Source of the DNA: Flavobacteriales bacterium
Lineage (GTDB): Bacteria > Bacteroidota > Bacteroidia > Flavobacteriales_F > PHOS-HE28
Direction of reading: 5' to 3'
DNA: 64,000 nucleotides
NCBI GenBank assembly: GCA_020635715.1
Contig: JACJZG010000008.1
Span: forward strand, 91,553-155,552
The notes beneath the pieces were generated by a model. The model ran no database searches. It worked only from the letters and a program-made list of their open reading frames with translations, and was not told the origin of the DNA. Shown here piece after piece: positions 47,852 through 56,339 of this stretch. A program made the translations under genes and the position numbers. Positions within the stretch are counted from its first letter, which is position 1; each line of letters starts with the position of its first letter.

Positions 47852-47870
47852 AAACAAGCCAGCAGCGCAT

Positions 47871-47886
47871 TGGCACCCCGTTTGCA
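47871..47886 (+). promoter_or_regulatory. Sigma-54 (-24/-12) promoter, TGGCACcccgtTTGCA
   Basis: Matches the TGGCACG-N4-TTGCW consensus at every conserved position except G7, with exact GG-N10-GC spacing. It ends 12 nt before the ATG at 47898. Confidence 0.6.
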
Positions 47887-47897
47887 TTCCCCAGGCC

Positions 47898-48713
47898 ATG
47901 GCACGTTCGACCACCTTCCTGCTGGCCGGTCTCGCCCTGTTGACCATGGGCTTCGGCCAGGCCAAGAACCCTGTGGCCACGACCGCCACGGAGTTCAATC
48001 AATTGCGCGACCTGAAGTTCGATTCCTTCAAGCCGGGCGAGAAGCTGACCTATGTGGTGCACTACGGCTGGCTCAATGCCGGTGAAGCGGTGGTGGAGCT
48101 GAAGGAAGGCACCCGCGACATCGCCGGCCGCAAGGTGTGGGTGGCCACCGGCACGGGCCGCAGCCTCGGCGCCTTCAATACCTTCTACAAGGTGGACGAC
48201 CACTACGAGACCCACTTCGATGCGAAGGGCGTCTTCCCCTATGCCTTCATCCGCCGCGTGAGCGAGGGCGGTTACGAGTTCAGCCAGGACTATGTGTACA
48301 ACCAGGTGAAGGGCGAGGTGACCACCCAGAAGAAGGAAACACACAAGGTGCCCGCCAGCGTCCAGGACATGCTCAGCGCCTTCTACTTCGCCCGCACCAT
48401 CGACTTCGCCAATGCGAAGGAGGGCGACATCTTCACCATCGAGACCTTCATGGACGATGAGCTCTGGCCGCTGCGCATGAAGTACATGGGCAAGGAGACC
48501 ATCAAATTGCGCAACGGCAAGTACCGCTGCCTCAAGTTCCAGCCGGTGGTGCAGGAGGGACGCATCTTCAAGGGCAACGACGACCTGAACGTGTGGATCA
48601 CCGACGACGGCAACCGGATCCCGGTGCTGGCGCAGGCCAAAGTGCTTGTGGGTTCGATCAAGATGGAGCTGTCGGACTACGAGGGGCTGAACCATCCGAT
48701 CGCCAAGGAGTGA
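47898..48713 (+). CDS. DUF3108 domain-containing protein (secreted)
   Basis: ORF 47376..48713 trimmed to MARSTTFLLAGLALLTMGFGQA; the extension overlaps leuS. Family-like pattern LTYVVHYGWLNAGEAVVELKE. Confidence 0.8.
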   Translation: MARSTTFLLAGLALLTMGFGQAKNPVATTATEFNQLRDLKFDSFKPGEKLTYVVHYGWLNAGEAVVELKEGTRDIAGRKVWVATGTGRSLGAFNTFYKVDDHYETHFDAKGVFPYAFIRRVSEGGYEFSQDYVYNQVKGEVTTQKKETHKVPASVQDMLSAFYFARTIDFANAKEGDIFTIETFMDDELWPLRMKYMGKETIKLRNGKYRCLKFQPVVQEGRIFKGNDDLNVWITDDGNRIPVLAQAKVLVGSIKMELSDYEGLNHPIAKE

Positions 48714-48806
48714 CCTTGTGAACCCCACCGGGTGAACAACCCGCCGTGGATAGGATGTGACCGCCGGTGATGGTGGCGCAGGGCCCATGGTGTTCCTTGC
48801 ACTCCC

Positions 48807-50081
48807 ATGGTCTGGTGGAAGAAAGGGTTGGTGGCGTTGGCCGCAACGGGCGGGGTTGGCTTGTTCTTCTTATCCGTGGACATCAGTCCACATGTGGAGT
48901 ACACCCCGGACCCGGAGCCGGTCGCGGTGGAGGACACGATCCCATCCCCTCCGGATGCCTATGGTATCCCGATGGCCGGCTATGTGCTGGAGCATGGCTC
49001 CATGAAACGCGGTGACACTTTCGGTGGCCTGCTGAACGCACGTGGCGTCGATCAGAACCTCATCCACGGTCTGGTCGAGCTCGCACTGCCGCACTTCGAT
49101 GTTCGTCGGATGCGGCTCGGCCATCCCTATGCCTTCATCTTCGACGAGGAGAACACCCTGAGCCCGGAGTACTTCGTGTACGAGGCCGATGCCGTGCATT
49201 ACGTGGTCTTCCACCTGCATGATAGCGTGGGGGTCACCGTGGGTGAGCGACCCGTGAAGGTGGAGGAAAGGAGCATCGCCTGTTCAGTGACGGGTGCGCT
49301 GTACAACGACCTGGCGAGGGTCGGTGCGGATCCGCAGCTCGCCATGCAACTCGCCGATGTCTTCGCCTGGACCGTGGACTTCTACCGGATCCAGAAGGAT
49401 GACATGTTCTCGGTGGTCTACCAGGAGAAGACCGTTGATGGCGAACCCTACGGGGCGCCGGAGATCGTGGGCGCACGCTACATCAGTGGGGGCACCGTGA
49501 GGGAGGCCTACCTCTTCGCCCAAGGCGATGGCAAGGAGTCCTACTATGACGATGAGGGCCGCAGCATGCGCAAGGCCTTCCTGCAGGCGCCGCTCAAGTT
49601 CAGCCGGATCTCCAGTGGCTTCAGCTCCAGACGCCTGCATCCCGTTCAGAAGGTGATGAAAGCACACCTGGGCACGGACTACGCTGCACCCTATGGCACG
49701 CCGATCCTGGCCGTGGGGGATGGCATCGTGGAGAAGGCGGGCCGTACCGGGGGCAATGGCAACTTCGTGAAGATCCGCCACAACGGCACCTACAGCACCC
49801 AATACCTGCACATGCGCAAGATCCTGGTGAAGCAGGGCCAGGCCGTGCAGCAGGGCCAGGTGATCGGGGAGGTGGGGAGCACCGGTCTGGCCACCGGGCC
49901 GCATGTCTGCTTCCGCTTCTGGAAGAACGGCGTGCAGGTGGACCACCGCCGGGAGGAGTTCCCGAACACGGAACCGCTGGATGCGGAACGCATGCCCGCC
50001 TTCGAGGCTTTCAAGGCGCCGGTGCGCGCTGAGCTCTTCGCCGCCGAGAAGGTGGCCAGGGGCCGGGTGGTGAACTTCTGA
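48807..50081 (+). CDS. M23 family metallopeptidase (peptidoglycan DD-endopeptidase type)
   Basis: N-terminal TM segment. HLGTDYAAP (HxxxD) and GSTGLATGPHVCFRF (HxH-type) motifs. Confidence 0.9.
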   Translation: MVWWKKGLVALAATGGVGLFFLSVDISPHVEYTPDPEPVAVEDTIPSPPDAYGIPMAGYVLEHGSMKRGDTFGGLLNARGVDQNLIHGLVELALPHFDVRRMRLGHPYAFIFDEENTLSPEYFVYEADAVHYVVFHLHDSVGVTVGERPVKVEERSIACSVTGALYNDLARVGADPQLAMQLADVFAWTVDFYRIQKDDMFSVVYQEKTVDGEPYGAPEIVGARYISGGTVREAYLFAQGDGKESYYDDEGRSMRKAFLQAPLKFSRISSGFSSRRLHPVQKVMKAHLGTDYAAPYGTPILAVGDGIVEKAGRTGGNGNFVKIRHNGTYSTQYLHMRKILVKQGQAVQQGQVIGEVGSTGLATGPHVCFRFWKNGVQVDHRREEFPNTEPLDAERMPAFEAFKAPVRAELFAAEKVARGRVVNF

Positions 50082-50241
50082 GGACCGGTCCGGGGAGCGC
50101 CGACCCTCCTTCGGCACATGAACGGTCACCCGATCCATCGATGTTGGCCAGTCGTTCGTCGAAGCCTGGTGATCCTGTGTCGAGTTCCTGGCACTTCCGG
50201 GGATCGGGCCCCGTAGACAGCCGACACCAGATCACATCCCC

Positions 50242-50373
50242 ATGGAAACGAAGTACCGCACCCTCCTGCAAGCCGCTGTGATGATCCTCATCCTCGCGGT
50301 GGTCATTATCAACCACAGCAGCGAGAAGGCCGAACAGGCCATCGCCCAGAAGACGAGCCACGCGCACCGCTGA
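50242..50373 (+). CDS. Possible 43-aa single-TM peptide (weak call)
   Basis: My translation is METKYRTLLQAAVMILILAVVIINHSSEKAEQAIAQKTSHAHR. It is the only plausible ORF in a 310-nt gap, with no family support. Confidence 0.25.
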   Translation: METKYRTLLQAAVMILILAVVIINHSSEKAEQAIAQKTSHAHR

Positions 50374-50391
50374 GCGGGCCTTGCAGATCGA

Positions 50392-51264
50392 TCAAGGCTG
50401 CCATTCGGGACGGTTGAACCGAAGCCGTTCCAGCCGTTCATCACCCATGCCGATCGCGGCACGGCGTTCTGCATGGCCGGGTAACATATCTTCCGGACGC
50501 AATCCCGAAAAGATCCCATAGGGGAACTTCTCGTTGCGGTGGTTCGCAAGGTCATCGAACGGTATGGCGTAGAACACGGGATAGACCAGGCCTCGCTTCA
50601 ACCAGCGTTTGAATGCCTTTTCATTCGCCGTTGTCAGCTCCGTGGAACAGTGTATGATGAATGTTTCGAACTCAGAATTGATGCCGTATTCCGCGATGGA
50701 AGGAACTTGAAGCTCCCCGTTCAAGAATCGCTTCAAGAGTGCATCATGTTCCGCGATCAGCGAGGCATAGCGTGCTGTTCGGGTTTCCGTATCACCGGGG
50801 TTCTCAACCATGGCCTGATGTCGTCGGTTCAGCTCCGTTGTCGGTGTCGGTATCCCCGGGTTTGGTCCATTCGCATAATGTTGCATGGTATCCCAGCGAG
50901 CCAGGCAATCGTTCACCACCCGCCCGTACCATGCAGAGTCCAATGCGGTTCGTAGTGCAGGAGGTGCGAAGCTCATCCAGGCAAGATCCGATCGTTGTTC
51001 AACGCTCCGCAAATAGGACCTGTGCGCAGTAGCGGTATCGCCGATCGAGGCCAGGCAAATGGCACGCGCAACGGTCTCTGTAGGCATCAATCCATAGCGC
51101 TTATCCAGCTTGTTGAGCAGGTCAAGCGCTTCGTCGTATCTGCCGCCTACCATGTGCTCCTGCACCACGAGCGATCGCTGATGGTATCGGATGTAGTTCT
51201 GCCCCTGACCACCGACCGTGGCGCACAGCAGATATAGGACAGGCAGGATCCTTCGGTTCCACAT
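50392..51264 (-). CDS. Hypothetical secreted protein
   Basis: 290-aa ORF with signal peptide MWNRRILPVLYLLCATVGG. I recognise no family. Its G+C looks lower than that of the core genes. Confidence 0.65.
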   Translation of the reverse strand: MWNRRILPVLYLLCATVGGQGQNYIRYHQRSLVVQEHMVGGRYDEALDLLNKLDKRYGLMPTETVARAICLASIGDTATAHRSYLRSVEQRSDLAWMSFAPPALRTALDSAWYGRVVNDCLARWDTMQHYANGPNPGIPTPTTELNRRHQAMVENPGDTETRTARYASLIAEHDALLKRFLNGELQVPSIAEYGINSEFETFIIHCSTELTTANEKAFKRWLKRGLVYPVFYAIPFDDLANHRNEKFPYGIFSGLRPEDMLPGHAERRAAIGMGDERLERLRFNRPEWQP

Positions 51265-51306
51265 GGTGCGAATGTTGATCGAAGCTAGGTAGGCCGGGCA
51301 AATGCT

Positions 51307-51408
51307 TCAATGCTCCGCCACCTCCACCCGATCCACGTGGCTGCGGATCAGCTCGATCAGCTCGTCCATGGCCTGTGCGCTGGGCACGTTGCGCTTCACC
51401 ACTTCCTT
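51307..51408 (-). pseudogene. Displaced duplicate of the last 32 codons of ispG
   Basis: 51313..51408 matches 51834..51929 at 90 of 96 positions by hand alignment. The minus-strand frame is preserved (...KEVVKRNVPSAQAMDELIELIRSHVDRVEVAEH, then a stop) but has no upstream gene body. Confidence 0.85.
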
Positions 51409-51412
51409 CTGC

Positions 51413-51805
51413 TCAGTTTTCCAATGAGGCTAGTCCCATTACCGCCAAGGCAAGAACAAGTGCTAGGAAGTATCCAATGCCCCCTCGATACACTGCCAGA
51501 TGATAGGGAGATGCTTGTTTGGAATTCCTGTAACGCCAAGCAATGAGACCCGCGATCACGGGAGCTATGACTACGTTGAATGCGAGACCGATGGAGGCCA
51601 TGCCTGACCACTCCCAGAAAGCGGCCGTCGAAATGATGAGTAATAGTCCTCCGTACATCACGAAGAGAAGGAACACGGACGCGTATGGTGGATCCACAAC
51701 ATGCTTATAGAGCATACCCCGCGCTACGTACAGATAGCACGCAAGCCCCAGCAGCGGCAAGGCGAGATGTATCGCGCAGAACACGACCATTTCTTGCATT
51801 GGCAT
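51413..51805 (-). CDS. 130-aa four-TM membrane protein, unknown function
   Basis: Starts MPMQEMVVFCAIHLALPLLGLACYLYV, with four hydrophobic segments. It is the sole ORF in the AT-richer cassette between the two ispG-tail copies. Confidence 0.65.
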   Translation of the reverse strand: MPMQEMVVFCAIHLALPLLGLACYLYVARGMLYKHVVDPPYASVFLLFVMYGGLLLIISTAAFWEWSGMASIGLAFNVVIAPVIAGLIAWRYRNSKQASPYHLAVYRGGIGYFLALVLALAVMGLASLEN

Positions 51806-51830
51806 TGCGATGATATACTTGGGAACCGAC

Positions 51831-53783
51831 TTACTCCGCGACCTCCACCCAGTCCCCGTGGCTGCGGATCAGCTCGATCAGCTCGTCCACGGCCTGTGCG
51901 CTGGGCACATTGCGCTTCACCACTTCCTTTTCCTTGTACAAGGTGATCACGCCAGGGCCGGTACCCACGTAACCGTAATCGGCATCGGCCATCTCGCCGG
52001 GACCGTTCACGATGCAGCCCATGATGCCGATCTTGATGCCCTTGAGGTGGCTGGTGCGCGCGCGGATCTTCGCGGTCGTCTCCTGTAGGTCGAAGAGCGT
52101 ACGGCCGCAGCTCGGGCAGCTGATGTATTCCGTCTTGCTGGTGCGCGTGCGCGTGGCTTGCAGAATGCCGAAGGCGGTGCGGCAGACGAGGTCCTCACGC
52201 CCACCATCCTCATCGGCGATGAAGATGCCGTCGCCGAGCCCATCGATCAACAACGGGCCGATGTCGGTGCTGCTGTGCAGGACCAGGTCGTCGTTCGTGA
52301 TGGCTCCATAGGCCCGACCGATGATCACGGGCGTATCACATCCGGCATCCATCAACTGTACGAACAAGCTGCGCTGCTCGGCCATGCCGTGCGTGTTGTA
52401 CGTGTCGATCAGGAGCACCGCGGTCGGGTCCGCCTTCAAGGCCGCGATCAACGCATCATCGAGCAAAGGCAAGGTGGCGTGAACGATGTTGAGCTGCGGA
52501 TGTCTTTCCGCTCCGGCCACGTAAGCTGAAGCCTGGTGGAGGGGATAGTGCCGTTCCTTGGTCTTGTCCTTCAGCCAGGTGTCGTGTTCCTGGACGATCC
52601 CTAGTGTTCCAGGTATCGCGAAGTCGATCCGGTTCTTACCGATGAAGGCGTAGTCACAAGCCTGGTCGGTGATGTTCCACTTGTCCAGCGGCACGCTGTA
52701 GCGGTATCCCCAAGCGAAGAGGCTCGCCGGTGTGATCTCCTTCCGGTTGCTCAGGTCGGCCATCACCACCGGTACATGGCGCGCACCGATGTTCAGCACT
52801 TCGTGCACGTGCCTGCGCGTGTGACCGAAGGGATCGATCGGGTAATGATCGATCGGCGGTATGGGATCATGTTCGGCCCGCGTGGCATACCGCGCCACCA
52901 AGGCGCGCGCCACCGGTATCTCGAACTCCGGATCCTCGGTGAGGCTCACGCGAACGGTATCGCCCAGGCCATCCTCCAACAAGGCGCCGATGCCCGCCGC
53001 GCTCTTCACCCGACCGTCCTCGCCATCGCCGGCCTCCGTCACGCCGAGGTGGAGCGGATAGTCCCAGCCTTCCTCCATCATGCGGTGGACAAGAAGGCGG
53101 TAGGCCTGCACCATCACCTGCACGTTGCTGGCCTTCATGCTCAGCACGATGTCGTGATAGCTCTCGTCCCGGCAGATGCGCAGGAATTCGAAGGCGCTTT
53201 CCACCATGCCCTGCGGCGTGTCACCGTAGCGGTTCAGGATCCGGTCGCTGAGGCTGCCGTGGTTGGTGCCGATGCGCATGGCGGTGCCGTGTTCCTTGCA
53301 GATCCGCACCAGCGGCGTGAAGCGTTCCCGGATGCGGGCGAGCTCGGCGTCGTACTGCGCGTCGGTGTACTCGCGCACATCGAACTTCTTCTTGTCGGCG
53401 TAGTTCCCGGGATTCACGCGCACTTTCTCCACGAGGCGCGCAGCGATCTCGGCCGCGTTCGGGGTGAAGTGGATGTCGGCCACCAGCGGTGTATCGAAGC
53501 CCGCCGCCCGCAACTCCTGCTTGATCGCCGCGAGGTTCTCCGCCTCCTTCCTGCTGGGCGCGGTGATGCGCACCAGCTCACAGCCCGCCTCGATCATCCG
53601 GATGCTCTGGGCGACCGTTGCAGCGGTGTCCATGGTATCCGTCGTGGTCATGCTCTGTACCCTGATCGGGTTGTCGCCGCCGATGCCGATGCCGCCGATC
53701 CGCACCTCTCGGGTGCGCCAGCGCTCGTAGCGGGTCAGGCTGGGGCAATAGGTCCACGGGGCGATGGCGGGCTTCACGGACAT
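51831..53783 (-). CDS. ispG: 4-hydroxy-3-methylbut-2-en-1-yl diphosphate synthase (long, insert-containing form)
   Basis: 650 aa in the GcpE family. TIM-barrel N-domain, a large insert, and the C-terminal Fe-S domain (CPSCGRT, GCIVNGPGE). Confidence 0.96.
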   Translation of the reverse strand: MSVKPAIAPWTYCPSLTRYERWRTREVRIGGIGIGGDNPIRVQSMTTTDTMDTAATVAQSIRMIEAGCELVRITAPSRKEAENLAAIKQELRAAGFDTPLVADIHFTPNAAEIAARLVEKVRVNPGNYADKKKFDVREYTDAQYDAELARIRERFTPLVRICKEHGTAMRIGTNHGSLSDRILNRYGDTPQGMVESAFEFLRICRDESYHDIVLSMKASNVQVMVQAYRLLVHRMMEEGWDYPLHLGVTEAGDGEDGRVKSAAGIGALLEDGLGDTVRVSLTEDPEFEIPVARALVARYATRAEHDPIPPIDHYPIDPFGHTRRHVHEVLNIGARHVPVVMADLSNRKEITPASLFAWGYRYSVPLDKWNITDQACDYAFIGKNRIDFAIPGTLGIVQEHDTWLKDKTKERHYPLHQASAYVAGAERHPQLNIVHATLPLLDDALIAALKADPTAVLLIDTYNTHGMAEQRSLFVQLMDAGCDTPVIIGRAYGAITNDDLVLHSSTDIGPLLIDGLGDGIFIADEDGGREDLVCRTAFGILQATRTRTSKTEYISCPSCGRTLFDLQETTAKIRARTSHLKGIKIGIMGCIVNGPGEMADADYGYVGTGPGVITLYKEKEVVKRNVPSAQAVDELIELIRSHGDWVEVAE

Positions 53784-53809
53784 GGGTGTGCGAAGATACC
53801 GGGAGGCGG

Positions 53810-54421
53810 TCAGCCCTTGATCAGGGTTGCGGTGGCGCTGCCATCCACGAAGGTCCAGCCGCTGCTCTCGACCATGGCCCGGAGCACCTTGATGACCTCC
53901 TGCTTGCGGTCCGCCGCCGCACGGAACAGCCCGCTCTCAGCGACCTTGCGCTTGATCACGTTCTTCGCATCGGCCTCCATGCGTGTGTGGTCCTGTGCCG
54001 TGAAGGGGTTGAAGGTCCCCGCCTCCAGGTCATAATAGTCCAGCTCATGGTCGATGGAGAGCACTTCGGGCATGTGCATGCCTTGGAGCGTAACGGTGTG
54101 CCCCGCCTCGTCCACACGCAGATCGAGGCCCTCCAGGTCATAGCCCACGCTCACCCGTGCCTTCACGCGCAGCATCGCTTTCTTCTGGAAGGGCGAGAAC
54201 TGCTTCAACCAATCGAAGCTGGCCTGTGCGTCCCGGTAGGTGTACACCTCGTTGAAGTCGCCTTCCACTGTCACCAACTTCAGCACCGGTCGCATGCGCT
54301 CCAGCAGGACCGTGGCGCTCACCTGTTCCTCGGCGGCTTCCGGTTCATACACCGACCGCGTGATGTAGAACACCAGCAGCCCGACACCCAGGAGCAGCAG
54401 CAGCCCCTTCACCTTGTTCAT
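53810..54421 (-). CDS. DUF4230-like membrane-anchored protein
   Basis: 203 aa with N-terminal TM segment LLLLLGVGLLVFYI. Family-like layout. Confidence 0.65.
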   Translation of the reverse strand: MNKVKGLLLLLGVGLLVFYITRSVYEPEAAEEQVSATVLLERMRPVLKLVTVEGDFNEVYTYRDAQASFDWLKQFSPFQKKAMLRVKARVSVGYDLEGLDLRVDEAGHTVTLQGMHMPEVLSIDHELDYYDLEAGTFNPFTAQDHTRMEADAKNVIKRKVAESGLFRAAADRKQEVIKVLRAMVESSGWTFVDGSATATLIKG

Positions 54422-54435
54422 GCCACAAAGATCGT

Positions 54436-55347
54436 TCAGCCCTGGGCCAATGGGTCGGGCTCCACCACTTCGGCTGCGGGACGCCTGCGCTGCAGCCAGC
54501 CGTTCACGAAGAGGCAGGCGATGATCAAGGCGATGCCGAGGTAGGACCCGCCGCGCATCTTCTCCTCACTGCCCCAGATCAATAGGGCGATGAGGATGGT
54601 GTAGATGGGTTCGAGGTTCACGGTGAGCATCACGGTGAAGGGCGTCAACTGGCGCATGACCAGGATGCCGGCGACGAAGGCGAAGGAGGTGCATATGAGG
54701 CCGAGCAGCAGGTGCCACCCGATGTCGGAGGCGGGCAGTTCCCAGAGCGGTGGTGGCAGGTCGTTCGTGGCCCAGAGGTAGATGCCTATGAGCGCTGCCG
54801 CCCCGCCCATCTCGTAGAAGCTGATCCGCACCGGTTCACCCCGTTTCACCAGCATCGCGTTGATGATGTTGAACCAAGCGCTGAGCAGCGCGCTCACGAC
54901 CCCGATCAGGATGCCGAGCCGATGCTGCGTTTCCAGGCCGAAGATCAGGACCAGTGCCGCGATGACGACGATGCCGAGCACCACCTCGCTCACCAGGACG
55001 CGACGCTTGAACCAGATGGGCTCCAGCAGTGCGGTGAACACGGTGCTCGTGCTGAGGCAGGCCGCGGCGATGCTGGCCGTGCTCACCTTGATCGATCCGT
55101 AGAAGGTGATCCAATGCAGCAGGATGATGACGCTCGTGGCCAGGTAGTGCTTCAGGTCGGGTGTGCGCGGGGAGAGCGAGCGGCGCAGGACCAGCGCACC
55201 GAACGCAAGGCCGGCCATCGCGATGACGATGCGCGTGTAGACCAGGTGCGCTGTGCCCTGCTGGATCAGCTTGCCGAAGATGCCCGTGAAGCCCCAGAGG
55301 AACACGGTGAGGTGCAGCAGGAGCAGCGCGTTGCGGCGGGAGTGCAT
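54436..55347 (-). CDS. EamA/DMT-family transporter
   Basis: Start moved to ATG (MHSRRNALLLLHLTVFLWGFTGIFGKL). Ten hydrophobic segments in two EamA-like halves. Confidence 0.85.
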   Translation of the reverse strand: MHSRRNALLLLHLTVFLWGFTGIFGKLIQQGTAHLVYTRIVIAMAGLAFGALVLRRSLSPRTPDLKHYLATSVIILLHWITFYGSIKVSTASIAAACLSTSTVFTALLEPIWFKRRVLVSEVVLGIVVIAALVLIFGLETQHRLGILIGVVSALLSAWFNIINAMLVKRGEPVRISFYEMGGAAALIGIYLWATNDLPPPLWELPASDIGWHLLLGLICTSFAFVAGILVMRQLTPFTVMLTVNLEPIYTILIALLIWGSEEKMRGGSYLGIALIIACLFVNGWLQRRRPAAEVVEPDPLAQG

Positions 55348-55431
55348 GGGAGGGCGCCACAAAGATGCTGGCGCGGCGGATATCCCGTTCCGTCGCCGAG
55401 GGAATGACCCGATGGGGCCAAAAGGGAACGC

Positions 55432-56298
55432 CTACCGGATGTTGCTCAGCTTCTCGCGCAAACTGGACACCAAGGTCTCCTGCCGGCTGATCTCCTCCTT
55501 CTTGCGCTCCTGGCTCTCCGCGTTCTTCCGAAGTTCCTGATCGAGCTCGGCCACCTTCTTGTGCATGTCCGCCTCCTCCTCGTGGGCCCTGCGGTTCCGG
55601 CTCTCCGCCCGGTCCTTGTCGCGGATGAGGCCGCTCAGCTCCTTCGAACCTTCCTTGTCGGGCGCATCGCCGAGCTCGGCCTGCAACCGGGCGATGTTCG
55701 GACCGAGCCGTTCCGCCTCCGCCCGTGTGCTCTCCTGCTCCTGCACCGCTTCCGCCGCCCGCTGTTTGCTCTTCTCCTGGCTCGACTCGGCGCGCTCCTT
55801 GTCCCGCTCCAGATCGGAGAGTTCGTCCTTCAGTTTGCTTAGACCACGCTCCGCCAGGCTCAACTCCTGTTCAGCCAGTTGACGGCGCAAGGCCGTGCTC
55901 TGTTGCTGCACATAGGCCCTCGCCTCCTCGAAGACCTTCGCATCACTGCTCGGTCCCACGAAGCCGTCCACGGTCAGTATCGCGACATGCGCGGTGAGGT
56001 TCGCGCTGTTCTTCCGTTGCTCGGCCTTCACGTAGATCACCAACGTATCGCTCGAGATCCGCGGCACCAGTGCGCCATGTGCGACGAGGTCCTTCTTCGT
56101 GCTCACCCAGGCGCTGATCTTCTTCAGCTCATCACGCCAGTACGCTTCCACGTACTTCGTATCCGTGCCTTCGAAGAGGAAGCTGAAGGTGGGATGTACG
56201 CCGTCGTTGAAGCTGAAGGAGGAGACCTCGGCCGTGGTCTGGGCGTGCAGCAGTCCAGGGAACAGCAGGGGAAGGAGCAGGGCGCGAAGTGGGGTCAT
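55432..56298 (-). CDS. Secreted protein with long C-terminal coiled coil
   Basis: Trimmed to MTPLRALLLPLLFPGLLHAQ. The C-terminal 150 aa are Glu/Lys/Arg-rich with heptad character. Confidence 0.65.
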   Translation of the reverse strand: MTPLRALLLPLLFPGLLHAQTTAEVSSFSFNDGVHPTFSFLFEGTDTKYVEAYWRDELKKISAWVSTKKDLVAHGALVPRISSDTLVIYVKAEQRKNSANLTAHVAILTVDGFVGPSSDAKVFEEARAYVQQQSTALRRQLAEQELSLAERGLSKLKDELSDLERDKERAESSQEKSKQRAAEAVQEQESTRAEAERLGPNIARLQAELGDAPDKEGSKELSGLIRDKDRAESRNRRAHEEEADMHKKVAELDQELRKNAESQERKKEEISRQETLVSSLREKLSNIR

Positions 56299-56339
56299 GG
56301 GTTCGGTTCTATGCAATGGACGTGCCGCAACACGGGCGG

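Noticed and set aside
47783-47998. ORFs reading through the heptad repeat (peptides such as LLATGSWLLATG), which could be mistaken for a repeat protein.
   Set aside because: The periodicity is 7 nt, not a multiple of 3. The same sequence occurs on both strands as an inverted repeat, and the region sits between a clear stop (leuS) and a clear start (DUF3108).
51310-52088. Two plus-strand ORFs (51310..51546 and 51810..52088) with similar N-termini (…HP.HVAADQLDQLVHGLCAGH.ALHHF…), suggesting paralogous small proteins.
   Set aside because: Both are the antisense reading of the duplicated ispG 3' end. The similarity is explained by the 96-nt direct repeat and is not a coding feature.
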